This document shows positions 43,267 through 53,500 of a stretch of 64,000 nt of DNA, piece after piece (the stretch's first letter is position 1; each line of letters starts with the position of its first letter). The translations under genes were made by a program, and so were the position numbers. Where the stretch lies: positions 64,001-128,000 of IMG/VR virus record IMGVR_UViG_3300035208_001807; one strand, 5' to 3'. The notes beneath the pieces were generated by a model. The model was not told where the DNA came from. It saw nothing but the letters and a program-made list of their open reading frames with translations, and did not search any database. The DNA comes from a virus. Its lineage: Duplodnaviria > Caudoviricetes.

Positions 43267-44208
43267 TTGGGTTATCATACCTATCACATTCCTAAGTCGC
43301 ATGGTGGCTTCCGCACTATCCATGCTCCCGATGAAGAGACAATGAAGAGAAGCAAAGAGCTTCTAGATGTTGTCAACAAGGAGCTTGGCAGGATCCATTG
43401 GTGGCCTGCCTGTGGTTCTCTCATCTACTCGTATGCACCTGGTAAGTCTTGTGAGCAAGTAGCTCATGAGATCACAAACTTTGTTCATGAGTTCGGTGCC
43501 TATACTTTGATCTCTCTGGATATCAAAGACTACTTCGGCTCAATCACCAAGGATCATTTCCTTAGGGCTGTTACAAAGCTTGGAGAACTAGGCTCTCACT
43601 TATCTCCTGATATTTGGGAAGCCGTGTGGGCAGAGGCCTATGTGGGCAAGGACAATAGAGGTATTGCTCAGGGCAATCCCCTCAGTCCCCTCATCTCTAA
43701 TCTAGTAGGCTGGGCCTGCATTGATGTCTACTTCACTAATGTTCTCTTTCAAGAGACTGAAGCCACTTGTAGATACTGGCGCTTCTCAGATAACATATAT
43801 ATTGTAGTAAAGTCTGACGACTCCTTTCGTATGGAGAACCTACTCCATAGCTTGAATATGACTCTTAATCTCTGGGTTGCTCAGGGCTTTGAGTTCAAGA
43901 CTCAGGTCACATCCAGTAAAGATTATAGCAAACGTGTTGTACTAGGTATCCGTTTAGGGCTTACGAAGCCTCAGATTAACAACCGTAACTGGATCCGGTC
44001 GGTTGTCTATAGGTATTCAACCCGGAAGGAACAGATGCCTACTGATAGGGACATACGTGAGAAATATGGAACCCTGGATCTAGCAAGACTTGAACAAACA
44101 GTAAGAGGTCTGGTAAACTATGCAGTGTCAGTGGACCCCAAATTCGCAGGCTATGTAACAGATAGGGGTCTAAAGGAACTGCTCCCAGAGAGGATGCGAC
44201 ATGCTTAA
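43267..44208 (+). CDS. Reverse transcriptase, retron-like, with FSDN variant of YxDD
   Basis: IPK..GG.R.I.AP, LDIKDYFGSI, QGNPLSPLISN, RFSDN, VLG; GAGG RBS with TTG start. Confidence 0.9.
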   Translation: MGYHTYHIPKSHGGFRTIHAPDEETMKRSKELLDVVNKELGRIHWWPACGSLIYSYAPGKSCEQVAHEITNFVHEFGAYTLISLDIKDYFGSITKDHFLRAVTKLGELGSHLSPDIWEAVWAEAYVGKDNRGIAQGNPLSPLISNLVGWACIDVYFTNVLFQETEATCRYWRFSDNIYIVVKSDDSFRMENLLHSLNMTLNLWVAQGFEFKTQVTSSKDYSKRVVLGIRLGLTKPQINNRNWIRSVVYRYSTRKEQMPTDRDIREKYGTLDLARLEQTVRGLVNYAVSVDPKFAGYVTDRGLKELLPERMRHA

Positions 44209-44947
44209 CGATGTAGAGTTGTTTGATGTGAATAACAAGCTCAAGATATCTTTAGACTTCTTGAGAGATGCAGTAGTTTTGTCAGGTAAATTAGAGTCCC
44301 ATAAAGATGGGATCTATAAGATCCGCCTGGGCCGTAATGTTGTGACCCTTGTCGATGCTGACATCGAACAAGTAGACCCTCTTGAGATTGAAGGGGAGTA
44401 TAAATTCACCCTGATGGTGGATTCCAAGAAAGGTTTTGCCCACTGGATGTCAGTATTAAGTGAGCAAAACCCTACGAAGAAAGACCTAGCTAAGTACCTC
44501 AACGAAGAGAAAAGACGTTATGATATACAGGGGTTGTCTTCTGACATCTTTGACTATGTTAGGTCTAGTCTAGAAGACTTCGCCAAGAATTCTAAGGGCT
44601 GTAAGCCCTATGTTCCGATGTCATTTGTAATGTCAGTTGAGGTTCTCTCCAAAGTCTTCGGCAAGAAGCTCACAGCTCTTATGAACTCCTCGCCTGTAAT
44701 CCAGGTCTTCATTCTTACTTGGCTTCACGGCTACCTGATGTCTTCCTCAGTCAGAAAGCAAGGAGTCAAACTCCAGACAAGGTTTGAAGAGGCTTCAGAG
44801 GAAGAGTTAAAGCGGAAGGAAACTAACGCTAAAGAAATGATGGCTAAGTTCTCTGATGAGTTGAAGAACATGGGAGATGATAGCCCATTCCCCAAGATGA
44901 ACCCGGAGGAAGATGATGACGATGACAAACCCGCCCAGCAAGCCTAA
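44201..44947 (+). CDS. Hypothetical protein overlapping the RT stop
   Basis: 8-nt overlap, 248 aa, acidic tail. Confidence 0.8.
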   Translation: MLNDVELFDVNNKLKISLDFLRDAVVLSGKLESHKDGIYKIRLGRNVVTLVDADIEQVDPLEIEGEYKFTLMVDSKKGFAHWMSVLSEQNPTKKDLAKYLNEEKRRYDIQGLSSDIFDYVRSSLEDFAKNSKGCKPYVPMSFVMSVEVLSKVFGKKLTALMNSSPVIQVFILTWLHGYLMSSSVRKQGVKLQTRFEEASEEELKRKETNAKEMMAKFSDELKNMGDDSPFPKMNPEEDDDDDKPAQQA

Positions 44948-45401
44948 CCCCAATCAGCGTATCGAGGGTATTGTTACTCCGGAGGCCGTTGAGAAGTATA
45001 AGGATCTCTTTGTACCCGAGAAGGTGGAGCAGCTTTATTATCTTCTAAAGGCTGTAGAGCCTGGTTTTAATACCGAGGTTGTTCGTGCAGTGGCCGACGC
45101 CAAGCAGATCTTCAGGAAGCGTGGCCTGTCGGGCCAGCAGCTTGATGAAGTTGGCGATGCTCTTGCTACCTTCATGAACCGTGGTTTCTTTTTGCATAGG
45201 ACAGCTGTTAGTTTGCATGATGTTAAGAAGCTTAATGAGCTTTATAATGCAGACTATGAAGCCTATGAGAGTGAAGTAATTGACGCGGCTCTCAAGGCCC
45301 GTAAGGCCAAGAAGATTACTGCTTCCAAGGTAGAGTCTATTGAGCCTAAGGCGGCTCCCCGAGATGCTGGTAAGCTGTTCGATGATGGTGACCTAGCTTA
45401 A
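44913..45401 (+). CDS. Hypothetical protein
   Basis: 162 aa, overlaps upstream gene. Confidence 0.7.
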   Translation: MMTMTNPPSKPNPNQRIEGIVTPEAVEKYKDLFVPEKVEQLYYLLKAVEPGFNTEVVRAVADAKQIFRKRGLSGQQLDEVGDALATFMNRGFFLHRTAVSLHDVKKLNELYNADYEAYESEVIDAALKARKAKKITASKVESIEPKAAPRDAGKLFDDGDLA

Positions 45402-45415
45402 GAACTGGACTAGTA

Positions 45416-46033
45416 ATGGCCCGCAATAAAAACTCTGCCATATCTGACCTTGTCTCTGAACTAGCCCACGATGCACTAGAGAGTTCAGACTTTCAGTATC
45501 CTATCATGGGCGATCCTCTTGATGGTATAACCGCCTCAGATACCAAGACCCGAATCATTTTCTTATTTGATGCTACTAACTCAAGTGCCATGCAGGGCAT
45601 GGTCTATGAGCTTGTTACTTTACCTAAGGGAAAGTCTGCTTCTATTCTTAACCACAAGGATGAAGAGGGCAAGTTTAACCTAGTGACTACCGTAGTCCCA
45701 GACATGTTCTCGGAGCCTACTGGACTGTGGTTCTGGACGCCTATACGCCTTATGAAAGAGGCGAGGTATACCAACATGCTTGACATTACTCGTGGTCCAG
45801 AATCGATAGTAGTTATGATGTCTCCTCAGTGTAGCTGTGTCTGGGCTGGTCCCGCTAGTGGAGCACTACCAGCATTCATAAAGAACATATTGGAGCCGAT
45901 GCTCCCATTGGATATAGTTCTTAAGCGTTGTACTTCCGCTGGATCGATGTTCGGAGACAGGATCATCCAAGAGACCATCGAGAAGAGCGCTAAGTTTACT
46001 AAGTTCAAGGCGGTCTTCAGTGGCAAGTTCTAA
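45416..46033 (+). CDS. Hypothetical protein
   Basis: 205 aa. Confidence 0.7.
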   Translation: MARNKNSAISDLVSELAHDALESSDFQYPIMGDPLDGITASDTKTRIIFLFDATNSSAMQGMVYELVTLPKGKSASILNHKDEEGKFNLVTTVVPDMFSEPTGLWFWTPIRLMKEARYTNMLDITRGPESIVVMMSPQCSCVWAGPASGALPAFIKNILEPMLPLDIVLKRCTSAGSMFGDRIIQETIEKSAKFTKFKAVFSGKF

Positions 46034-46298
46034 ACAGGGGTTGCAGTTACAAGACTACGAGGAGTCGCTAACGGCTCAGGTAGGCTATCTGTCTTTGCTC
46101 TATGCAAAGAATGGGGGCCAAGAGACAGAACGAGTAGTAGTAACGTTATTGAAGAACATACATAGGCTGACGCCGTATCTTGAAGATGTGCTGAAAGAAG
46201 TCAAGGATTTGATTGCGTCATTACCTGCCGAGAAGCAGGTGAGGTTGAGAAAGCTGCTGGAACCGATAGAAGAAGCCGTTTCAAGTAGAGAGAAGTAA
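46020..46298 (+). CDS. Hypothetical protein
   Basis: 92 aa, helical. Confidence 0.55.
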   Translation: MASSKQGLQLQDYEESLTAQVGYLSLLYAKNGGQETERVVVTLLKNIHRLTPYLEDVLKEVKDLIASLPAEKQVRLRKLLEPIEEAVSSREK

Positions 46299-46321
46299 TA
46301 CCAAGAAATGGAGATTAGCAA

Positions 46322-48163
46322 ATGTCAGCGAAGAAAGAAGCAGTGAAGGACGCCAAGGTGTCTTTGAAGCCGGAACGGGCCAATATCTCATCACCCATTG
46401 TCGAGGCAGTGTTCGACAGCATCCGTTGCCGCTCACGTATTCTCTACGTGGTGACACAGGAAGAAGAACGCTTCCTCAAGGAGATGCACACCGTTCTGTT
46501 CGATACGGCCCACCGTTTTAACCGCGACGCGGTGAACGAAATGTGGCTGTGGACGGCTGGCAATGGCCTCCGTGAGGTCACGCACCACTATGCCTTCATG
46601 CCGTACCGGGTAGACATCGATGCTGAGATGCTTCGCTTCCCTAGGTACAGCCAGAAGGAACAGGAAACCATGCAGAATACTGTCATGGCGTCTCCGGCTA
46701 TGGACCACATTGCCAAGACTTTGTGTGTTCCGCCTCGCCCCACGACTACAGATGGCTATCCCCCTATCGTCAACAGGATCATTATCCTGGCAGACTATAA
46801 TAGGATCGCCCAGCATGACCTGACTTCCGTACGGAAGATCAAGGATCTCATCGAGGATCCGGTTGTAAGCGAAAGCATCAACCTAACCTTCATTATCCTG
46901 GCTTCGCAGCTGGAGATTCCGGCAGAGATCAAGCCGTTTGTTGAAGTTATTGACTACCACCTTCCCGATCGCAAGACGATTCACAATATCGTTCGCGAGC
47001 AGGTTGATCAGTTCCATCAGGATCGGATCGAGCAGGAGAAGGCTGGTGTCAAGCTTGACATCAAGACGGAATATACCGACGAAGAGACCAAGGCAATCAC
47101 AGATTCGCTCTTGGGTCTGACTCATTATGAGATCTCGGTACAGATCCCGAAGTCGATTAGGAAGTGCCGCCAGTTAGACCCGGCGTTCCTGATCGAAGCC
47201 AAGGAGCAGATTGTCCGTAAGTCGGACATCATCAACTACATGCATCCTACAACGGGCATGAAGTCGATCGGTGGTATGGAAAACTTCAAGGCCTGGTGCG
47301 TAGATAGGAAGAACAGCTTTGGCGATGATGCCAAGGCGTTCGGCCTAGAGCCCCCGAAGGGTGTGCTACTCCTGGGTATTCCTGGAACAGGTAAGTCACT
47401 AGCAGCTAAGTCGCTAGGTAATGACTGGCGAGTTCCTCTGCTTCACCTGGACGTAGGCAAGATCATGTCCGGTATTGTCGGTAGCTCTGAAGCGCGCATG
47501 CGCCAGGCTCTACAGACGGCCGAGTCGGTTGCGCCTTGCATCCTCTGGGTGGATGAGATCGAGAAGGGCCTATCGGGTACTGGTAGCTCGAACTTCTCGG
47601 ACGGTGGTACCATGGCTCGTGTGTTCGGTACCTTCCTGACCTGGATGCAGGAGAAGACGGCAGACGTGTTCGTTATCGCTACTGCGAATAACATCAGTCA
47701 GCTGCCTCCCGAGTTGCTCCGTAAGGGCCGCTTCGATGAGATCTTCTTCATCGACCTGCCGGGTGACGATGAGCGCAAGGAAATCTATACGATTCACTTG
47801 ACGCGTCGTCGTGGAGACCCCAAGAACTTCGACTTGGATCTGTTGTCCAAGGAGAGCAAAGGGTTCTCGGGCGCCGAGATCGAGCATACTGTCAAGGATG
47901 CCATGTATGCGGCCTTCAACACGCCGGAAAAGAAGCTGACAACTAACCTGGTTCTGAGGGAGATTAAGAAGACTATTCCTCTTTCTGAATCAATGAAAGA
48001 TGAGATCGCTCACGTGAAGACGATCGCTTCGAGGATGAGGTTTGCCTCGGACAAGTCGCTCAACGCTGATCTCAACCCTAGGACCGAGATGCATGCTGCG
48101 CCGCGGACTAGGTCAGACATAGCGCAGTTAGTGGATGAAGAGGAGCCCAAGACCCTTGAATAA
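46322..48163 (+). CDS. Ycf46-like AAA+ ATPase
   Basis: GIPGTGKS, LWVDEIEK, LPPELLRKGRFDEIFF, FSGAEIE. Confidence 0.9.
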   Translation: MSAKKEAVKDAKVSLKPERANISSPIVEAVFDSIRCRSRILYVVTQEEERFLKEMHTVLFDTAHRFNRDAVNEMWLWTAGNGLREVTHHYAFMPYRVDIDAEMLRFPRYSQKEQETMQNTVMASPAMDHIAKTLCVPPRPTTTDGYPPIVNRIIILADYNRIAQHDLTSVRKIKDLIEDPVVSESINLTFIILASQLEIPAEIKPFVEVIDYHLPDRKTIHNIVREQVDQFHQDRIEQEKAGVKLDIKTEYTDEETKAITDSLLGLTHYEISVQIPKSIRKCRQLDPAFLIEAKEQIVRKSDIINYMHPTTGMKSIGGMENFKAWCVDRKNSFGDDAKAFGLEPPKGVLLLGIPGTGKSLAAKSLGNDWRVPLLHLDVGKIMSGIVGSSEARMRQALQTAESVAPCILWVDEIEKGLSGTGSSNFSDGGTMARVFGTFLTWMQEKTADVFVIATANNISQLPPELLRKGRFDEIFFIDLPGDDERKEIYTIHLTRRRGDPKNFDLDLLSKESKGFSGAEIEHTVKDAMYAAFNTPEKKLTTNLVLREIKKTIPLSESMKDEIAHVKTIASRMRFASDKSLNADLNPRTEMHAAPRTRSDIAQLVDEEEPKTLE

Positions 48164-48226
48164 AAGAGGGTCTTGGAGTACTCTGGTTTGACTAATAGGT
48201 AGTGAAATAGAAAAGGAGATTTGCAA

Positions 48227-48613
48227 ATGTCACACATGGCGCGAGTGCAGGTAGCCCTAAAGGACTTAGCAGTCCTGAAGGAAATCTTGGCCGAGATGGG
48301 TATGAAAACTGTTGACAAACAGGGAACCATCCAGGCGATGGATGGTAAGACCGAAGCTGTTGTAGCCCAGGTCGAAGGTACCAACATCGGCGTCCGTGCG
48401 ACCACAGATGCGAATGGGACCTCCTACTCTCTAGTAGGTGAGTTCTATCGTACGAAGTGGTACGGCAAAGAGAAGGCTCTGGCTGACAAGATCAATCAGA
48501 CCTATGCCGTTAAGAAGACCAAGAAGGAATTCACGGCGATGGGGTACATCGTCCAGGGTACCGAGAAGGTCAGCGCGGACGGCACCATCGAACTAACGAT
48601 GGCGAAGTACTAA
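48227..48613 (+). CDS. Ycf35/DUF1257-like protein
   Basis: MSH start, QTYA motif, downstream of Ycf46-like ATPase. Confidence 0.7.
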   Translation: MSHMARVQVALKDLAVLKEILAEMGMKTVDKQGTIQAMDGKTEAVVAQVEGTNIGVRATTDANGTSYSLVGEFYRTKWYGKEKALADKINQTYAVKKTKKEFTAMGYIVQGTEKVSADGTIELTMAKY

Positions 48614-48631
48614 AACAAGGAGAGCTCCAAG

Positions 48632-48823
48632 ATGAAGACAGTAACTATCAAAGTGGACGCAAAGGGTAAGGTAGTCTACGAATCCAAGGGATACGTGGGC
48701 ACCGAGTGTAAGGAAGTTCAGAAGGTTATGCTGGGCATCGGACAGGTCTCCGATGTCAAGGATACCGCTGACGCCTACAAGTCCAACGAGCGTCCTGCTT
48801 ACAACGAACTAGGCTACCATTAA
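48632..48823 (+). CDS. DUF2997-like protein
   Basis: I.VD..GKV..E..GY.G.EC pattern. Confidence 0.7.
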   Translation: MKTVTIKVDAKGKVVYESKGYVGTECKEVQKVMLGIGQVSDVKDTADAYKSNERPAYNELGYH

Positions 48824-48840
48824 GCCTAAGTGAGGTTGTC

Positions 48841-49221
48841 ATGCATGTAGTTGTTATAGACGCCAAGAATCGTCAGGTCAGCGATCTTGAAGTCCACGGC
48901 GATACTCTGGAGATGCTCCAGGGTATCGTCGGTGGGTCCATTGAGATTGCTACCAACCTTAATAACAAAGACACTGTCTATGTTAATGAGGAAGGTCTGA
49001 TGATAGGCTACGAAGACTACTTCGAGATCCAAGGTGGCCATCAGCCATTCGCTGGGTCAGGTGTTGTAGTTGGACGAGATAGTAAGGGACATACCGTCTC
49101 TGCTAAATCTACTGCTGATGATGTCCGGCCTCTTGTCGACTTTGTCCATAGAGATACTTTGGTCGCTCGCTACTCTAGATCTAGGACACGGCCTATTTCG
49201 AACAAGCGATCCCACACCTAG
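48841..49221 (+). CDS. DUF3846-like protein
   Basis: LE.LQ.IVGG.IE..VNEEG..FAG..VVVG. Confidence 0.75.
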   Translation: MHVVVIDAKNRQVSDLEVHGDTLEMLQGIVGGSIEIATNLNNKDTVYVNEEGLMIGYEDYFEIQGGHQPFAGSGVVVGRDSKGHTVSAKSTADDVRPLVDFVHRDTLVARYSRSRTRPISNKRSHT

Positions 49222-49267
49222 GGCCCTAGTTAAACGTTTAATCAGGCCCGTATTTAGGAGATCTTCA

Positions 49268-49732
49268 ATGAGTCCTCAGGATGGTGGCCTCTTCCTAGAG
49301 AGAGTCACAATTGACCCCCATGGAGAGTTTCACCCCTGGGAGTACCTACCTATTAAGATTGCAACTTTAGCAGATCCAGAAGACCTGGCTCGTATTATTA
49401 CATGGTCCAATGGCACAGCTATTAGTGCTACTGACATGCCATCAGTCCAAGCTCGGGCTATCCTAATTAATATTTGCCGTAGTCCGCTTGATGGCGGCGG
49501 CCCTCTTCTAGTAGCCCTTAGCGACCCTGCTTTTACATTCAATGGTCATGATGCTATGTTTCAGCATCTTCCTACAAAGTGGAAGGAGCTTGGGTTTGAT
49601 ACTGATCTCCTCAAGCCCTATGCTGGGAAGCTATGGTTTGTAAGACCCCACTCGGTGGGTGGGCCCTCTATGGGGAGAGTTCACAAACGTGTCAACCTTA
49701 AGATATCTTCTCTTCGCAGACTGGTGGACTAA
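49268..49732 (+). CDS. Hypothetical protein ending in LRRLVD
   Basis: AGGAG RBS before ATG 49268. Confidence 0.7.
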   Translation: MSPQDGGLFLERVTIDPHGEFHPWEYLPIKIATLADPEDLARIITWSNGTAISATDMPSVQARAILINICRSPLDGGGPLLVALSDPAFTFNGHDAMFQHLPTKWKELGFDTDLLKPYAGKLWFVRPHSVGGPSMGRVHKRVNLKISSLRRLVD

Positions 49733-49896
49733 GATGGGATTTATATCTCCTCCACCTCCGATTCCCTTTGTTGTTCCTTCAGAGTGGTCTATAGACTTTG
49801 ATTCTGGTGGGGATAACTTTAATGCTCTCCTCTTTAGAATGATTCGCAAGGCTGATAAAGGAAACCTGGAACGTTTACGAGTGGGCTTTCCATATA

Positions 49897-50133
49897 ATGA
49901 GTAAATGCAAATGTGGTCATGATGAGAAGCGCCACAAGCTAGTTACTGTATCCGGTTGGTGTGTTAAGGGATGTAAGTGTACTTGCTTTAGACCTGTAAC
50001 GATATGTACTTGCGGCCATTATGCGCTTGATCATTTCAGGTGTGACCGTTGCGGGGGCCATCATTGTAAGCCTAGTGTTGGATGCTGTTCATGTAACCTA
50101 TACAAGCCTAGGAAGGTTAAGTCAGCCAAATGA
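49897..50133 (+). CDS. Cys/His-rich small protein
   Basis: Two CxCGH..H..C repeats. Confidence 0.65.
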   Translation: MSKCKCGHDEKRHKLVTVSGWCVKGCKCTCFRPVTICTCGHYALDHFRCDRCGGHHCKPSVGCCSCNLYKPRKVKSAK

Positions 50134-50342
50134 AAGATACCATCTGCCTTAAATGTACTAAGAAGAAGGGTTGCGAGACTGCGCAGGATGGTGTCATGCG
50201 CTGCCCTCACTTTGACAAGGGTCTCTTTACAGATGATACTCTAGCTAAGGCTGATCCCAATAGGCAGCTCCCGCCTATAAAGAGTAGGAGGCTGTCTAGT
50301 GTGGCAGAAGATCCTAAGAGCGATAAAGAAACTCCTTTCTAG
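50130..50342 (+). CDS. Small Cys-containing protein
   Basis: ATGA overlap with upstream gene. Confidence 0.55.
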   Translation: MKDTICLKCTKKKGCETAQDGVMRCPHFDKGLFTDDTLAKADPNRQLPPIKSRRLSSVAEDPKSDKETPF

Positions 50343-50562
50343 TCCCTTGTGCTACTTAGGGATTCATGACACATACTACACATGGCTTCCTATTCATAGG
50401 AAGGGGAAGACTGTTTGGACTGGAGATCAGTGGTGCGAGTGGTGTCACAAGTGTACTATAAAGGGTCCATATCACGATGAGGACCCACGACGTAGACCTT
50501 GAATTAAAGATGTAGTTATAGTAGGATAGCTCCGTTGGTAAGAACGGTTCTCGGAGACGCCT

Positions 50563-53500
50563 TTGGATTCCTTTGTAAATATCCATGCTCATAGCGATGG
50601 TAGTATCTTAGACTCTCAGCTTACAGTTCCTAAGATGGTATCAACTGTTGTGAAGCTGGGGTCGCCGGCGCTTGCCCTAACAGACCATGGTTCCATGGTC
50701 AATATCGTAGACTTCCATACCGAATGTAAGAAGAACAAGATCAAGCCTATCTTGGGCTGTGAGTTCTATGTTGCCTACGAAGGTATCCAGAACAAGGAAG
50801 CTACTAAGCTAGCTAAGACCGATACTGCTCTTGCTAGGGAGTCAGATATCCTTGGCGTTAGCCATCTAATCCTACTAGCCAAGAACTTTGAAGGCTATCA
50901 GAACCTCTGCCGTCTTCTAGCTATTGCTCATACTGATGGCTTCTATTACCAGCCTCGTATTGACTACGACCTTCTAGCCCAGCATAGTAATGGTCTTATC
51001 TGTTCTACTGCTTGTATGTTCGGCGACTTCTTCAAGCTAACTATGCATGACCATGTGGCTCAGCAAGCCAAGGCGCCTCTCCTAATTGAGAAGCTCAAGG
51101 GCATCTTTGGGAATGACCTTTATATTGAACTCCAGAACCATGGCTTTAAGAAGCAGGTTCAATTCCTTCCTAAGGCTATCAAGAGTGCATCTGATCAAGA
51201 TGTCAAGCTTGTCATCTCTCAGGATGTGCACTATGCCGCGGCGAAGGATGCCAAGTTCCAAGATGCACTCTATTGTGTAGGCAAGCATAAGATCTATGGT
51301 GACTCGGAGCGGATGGCAGTCTCTGGAGAGATGTACTTCAAGACTCGCCGTCAGCTTGAGGCCATGTTCTCGGCCTCAAACGTGCCGGCTTCAGCGTTCG
51401 ATAACACATTAGAGATTGCTGAGAAGGTCACCGAGTATGAAATAGCTCCTAAAGACTATCTACTTCCTAAGATGTATTCTACGAAGGAAGAGTCTGAGAG
51501 ACACTTCCGGGACTTATGCAACGTAGGGTGGAAGGAGCTTATTGCTCCCAACATTAAGGACCCCGCTCTCCGTGAGGTCTATAAGCAACGCGCAGCTTAT
51601 GAGATGCGCATCATTAGCCAGATGGGCTTCACAGATTACTTCCTAATTGTACAAGATTACCTTGACCATGCTCGTAAGACTGGTATACTAGTTGGACCTG
51701 GCAGAGGATCAGCTGCTGGGTGCCTCGTTTCCTACCTCATTGGGATTACTAAAGAAGATCCTATCCTCTACGGCCTACTATTTGAGAGGTTTCTGGTTCC
51801 AGGCCGCCCTACGATGCCTGACATCGATGTCGATGTCTCAGACAGAGACGAAGTAATTCGCTATCTGGAGACAAAGTATGGGAAAGATAAAGTCGCTCCT
51901 ATTATCAACCGCACCGCAGCTACTAGCAAGGCTGCCCTCATCAAGGTTGGTACTATCCTTGGTAGCTTTCAGCTTGGGAGAGATCTTTCTGCACTTATCC
52001 CAACCTTCCGTGGAGAAACACCCACATTTGATGAAGCCTTTGCGAAGGTTCCTGAGCTACAGATTCGTGAGCGGGAAACCCCTGAGCTGTTCGAACTGGC
52101 ACGGGGTCTGGAAGGTGTGTATGTTGGCCTTGGCGGCCACGCTAGTGGGGTTATTGTCTCAAGTGTTCCACTCACAGACATTATTCCCCTACACCGTACC
52201 AAGGACATAGTCTATACAGCCTACGATGGTGACCAACTTAAGAAGCTAAAGCTAGTTAAGCTTGATATCCTGAACGTCGACGTTCTACGTACCATCTCTG
52301 ACTGTGTCAAGATGATTAAAGAACGTCACGGCGTTGACATTGACCCCTATAAGATTCCTATGGACGACAAGCAGACCTATGATCTAATCTGCGAAGGCGA
52401 CACCGTTGGGGTCTTTCAGTTTGAATCTAACATGATGCGCGAGATTCTTAAGAAGGTTAAGCCTCGTAACATCCTAGAGATCGCTGCTGTTAATGCTATC
52501 GGCCGCCCTGGTGCCCTAGATGCCGACGGTCTCGTTGGCACGTATGTCAATCGTAAGCGCAATCTAGAGCCAATTGTCTACCCGCACCCAGTGCTACAGC
52601 CCATCTTGGAAGAGACCTATGGTCTTATGATCTACCAAGAGCAGGTCATGCTTATTGCTAAGACTCTAGCCAGCTATACGGACGAGGAGACTGATAAGTT
52701 CCGTAAGGCCATGAGTGACAAGGATGTCTCTATTATTGAGAACCAGCGGGAGAAGTTCCTAGCTGGCGCCCTCAAGAACGAGTACCCGAAGGAGTTCGTT
52801 GAGACTGTCTTCGAGAACATCAAGAAGTTCGCCGGGTATGGATTTAACAAGTCTCATGCCGTAGCCTACGGGCATGTTGGCTATATCACGGCCTATCTAA
52901 AGGCCCATTATCCTATGGAGTTCCTACTCTCCAGCTTAAACAAGGAGATTCGGAAGGGATCGCCGCTAGAGTTTATAACCAAGTTCGTTGTAGATTTAGA
53001 GAAACATAACTACTCTGTTAAGGGTCCTAGTGTTGTAAGCTCTGGCTGGGAGTTCGAACCCCACAAGACAGAGACTGATACAGTTAGAAAGCCTGTGATA
53101 TACTATGGATTAGGCGGCATTAAAGGCATCTCTCCTAAGCAAATGGAGGACTGGATTGCCCGCCGACCCTTCAAAAGCCTTGACGATTGCGTAGTTAAGG
53201 GTATACTATCAGGAGTAAACAGTAGGTCGTTAGAGTTGCTAGCAGAACTTGGGTGCTTTTCCGAGCTGGCTCCTAACATTGTACATGTCGCTGCGTCGAT
53301 GAGTTTACGTATTGACAAGGCGAGGAAGCTTATCACCAGAGCTAGGTCTAAGAAGAAGAAGTCTGACCAGCAGACTATCGATCTTTTCCTAGGCGGTGAG
53401 ACAGCTTTTAATGAGGAGAACTTGGAGTTCGATATGGGCGACCGCGATCTTCTATTCGCGACCCAGAGTGACCTGGCACGGAAAGCACTAAGAATCAAGG

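Noticed and set aside
42622-44208. Group II intron, DGR or direct-repeat array associated with the RT
   Set aside because: No domain V or maturase/En domain, no TR/VR pair, QG rather than SQ in motif B, and only inverted repeats seen; a self dot-plot would confirm.
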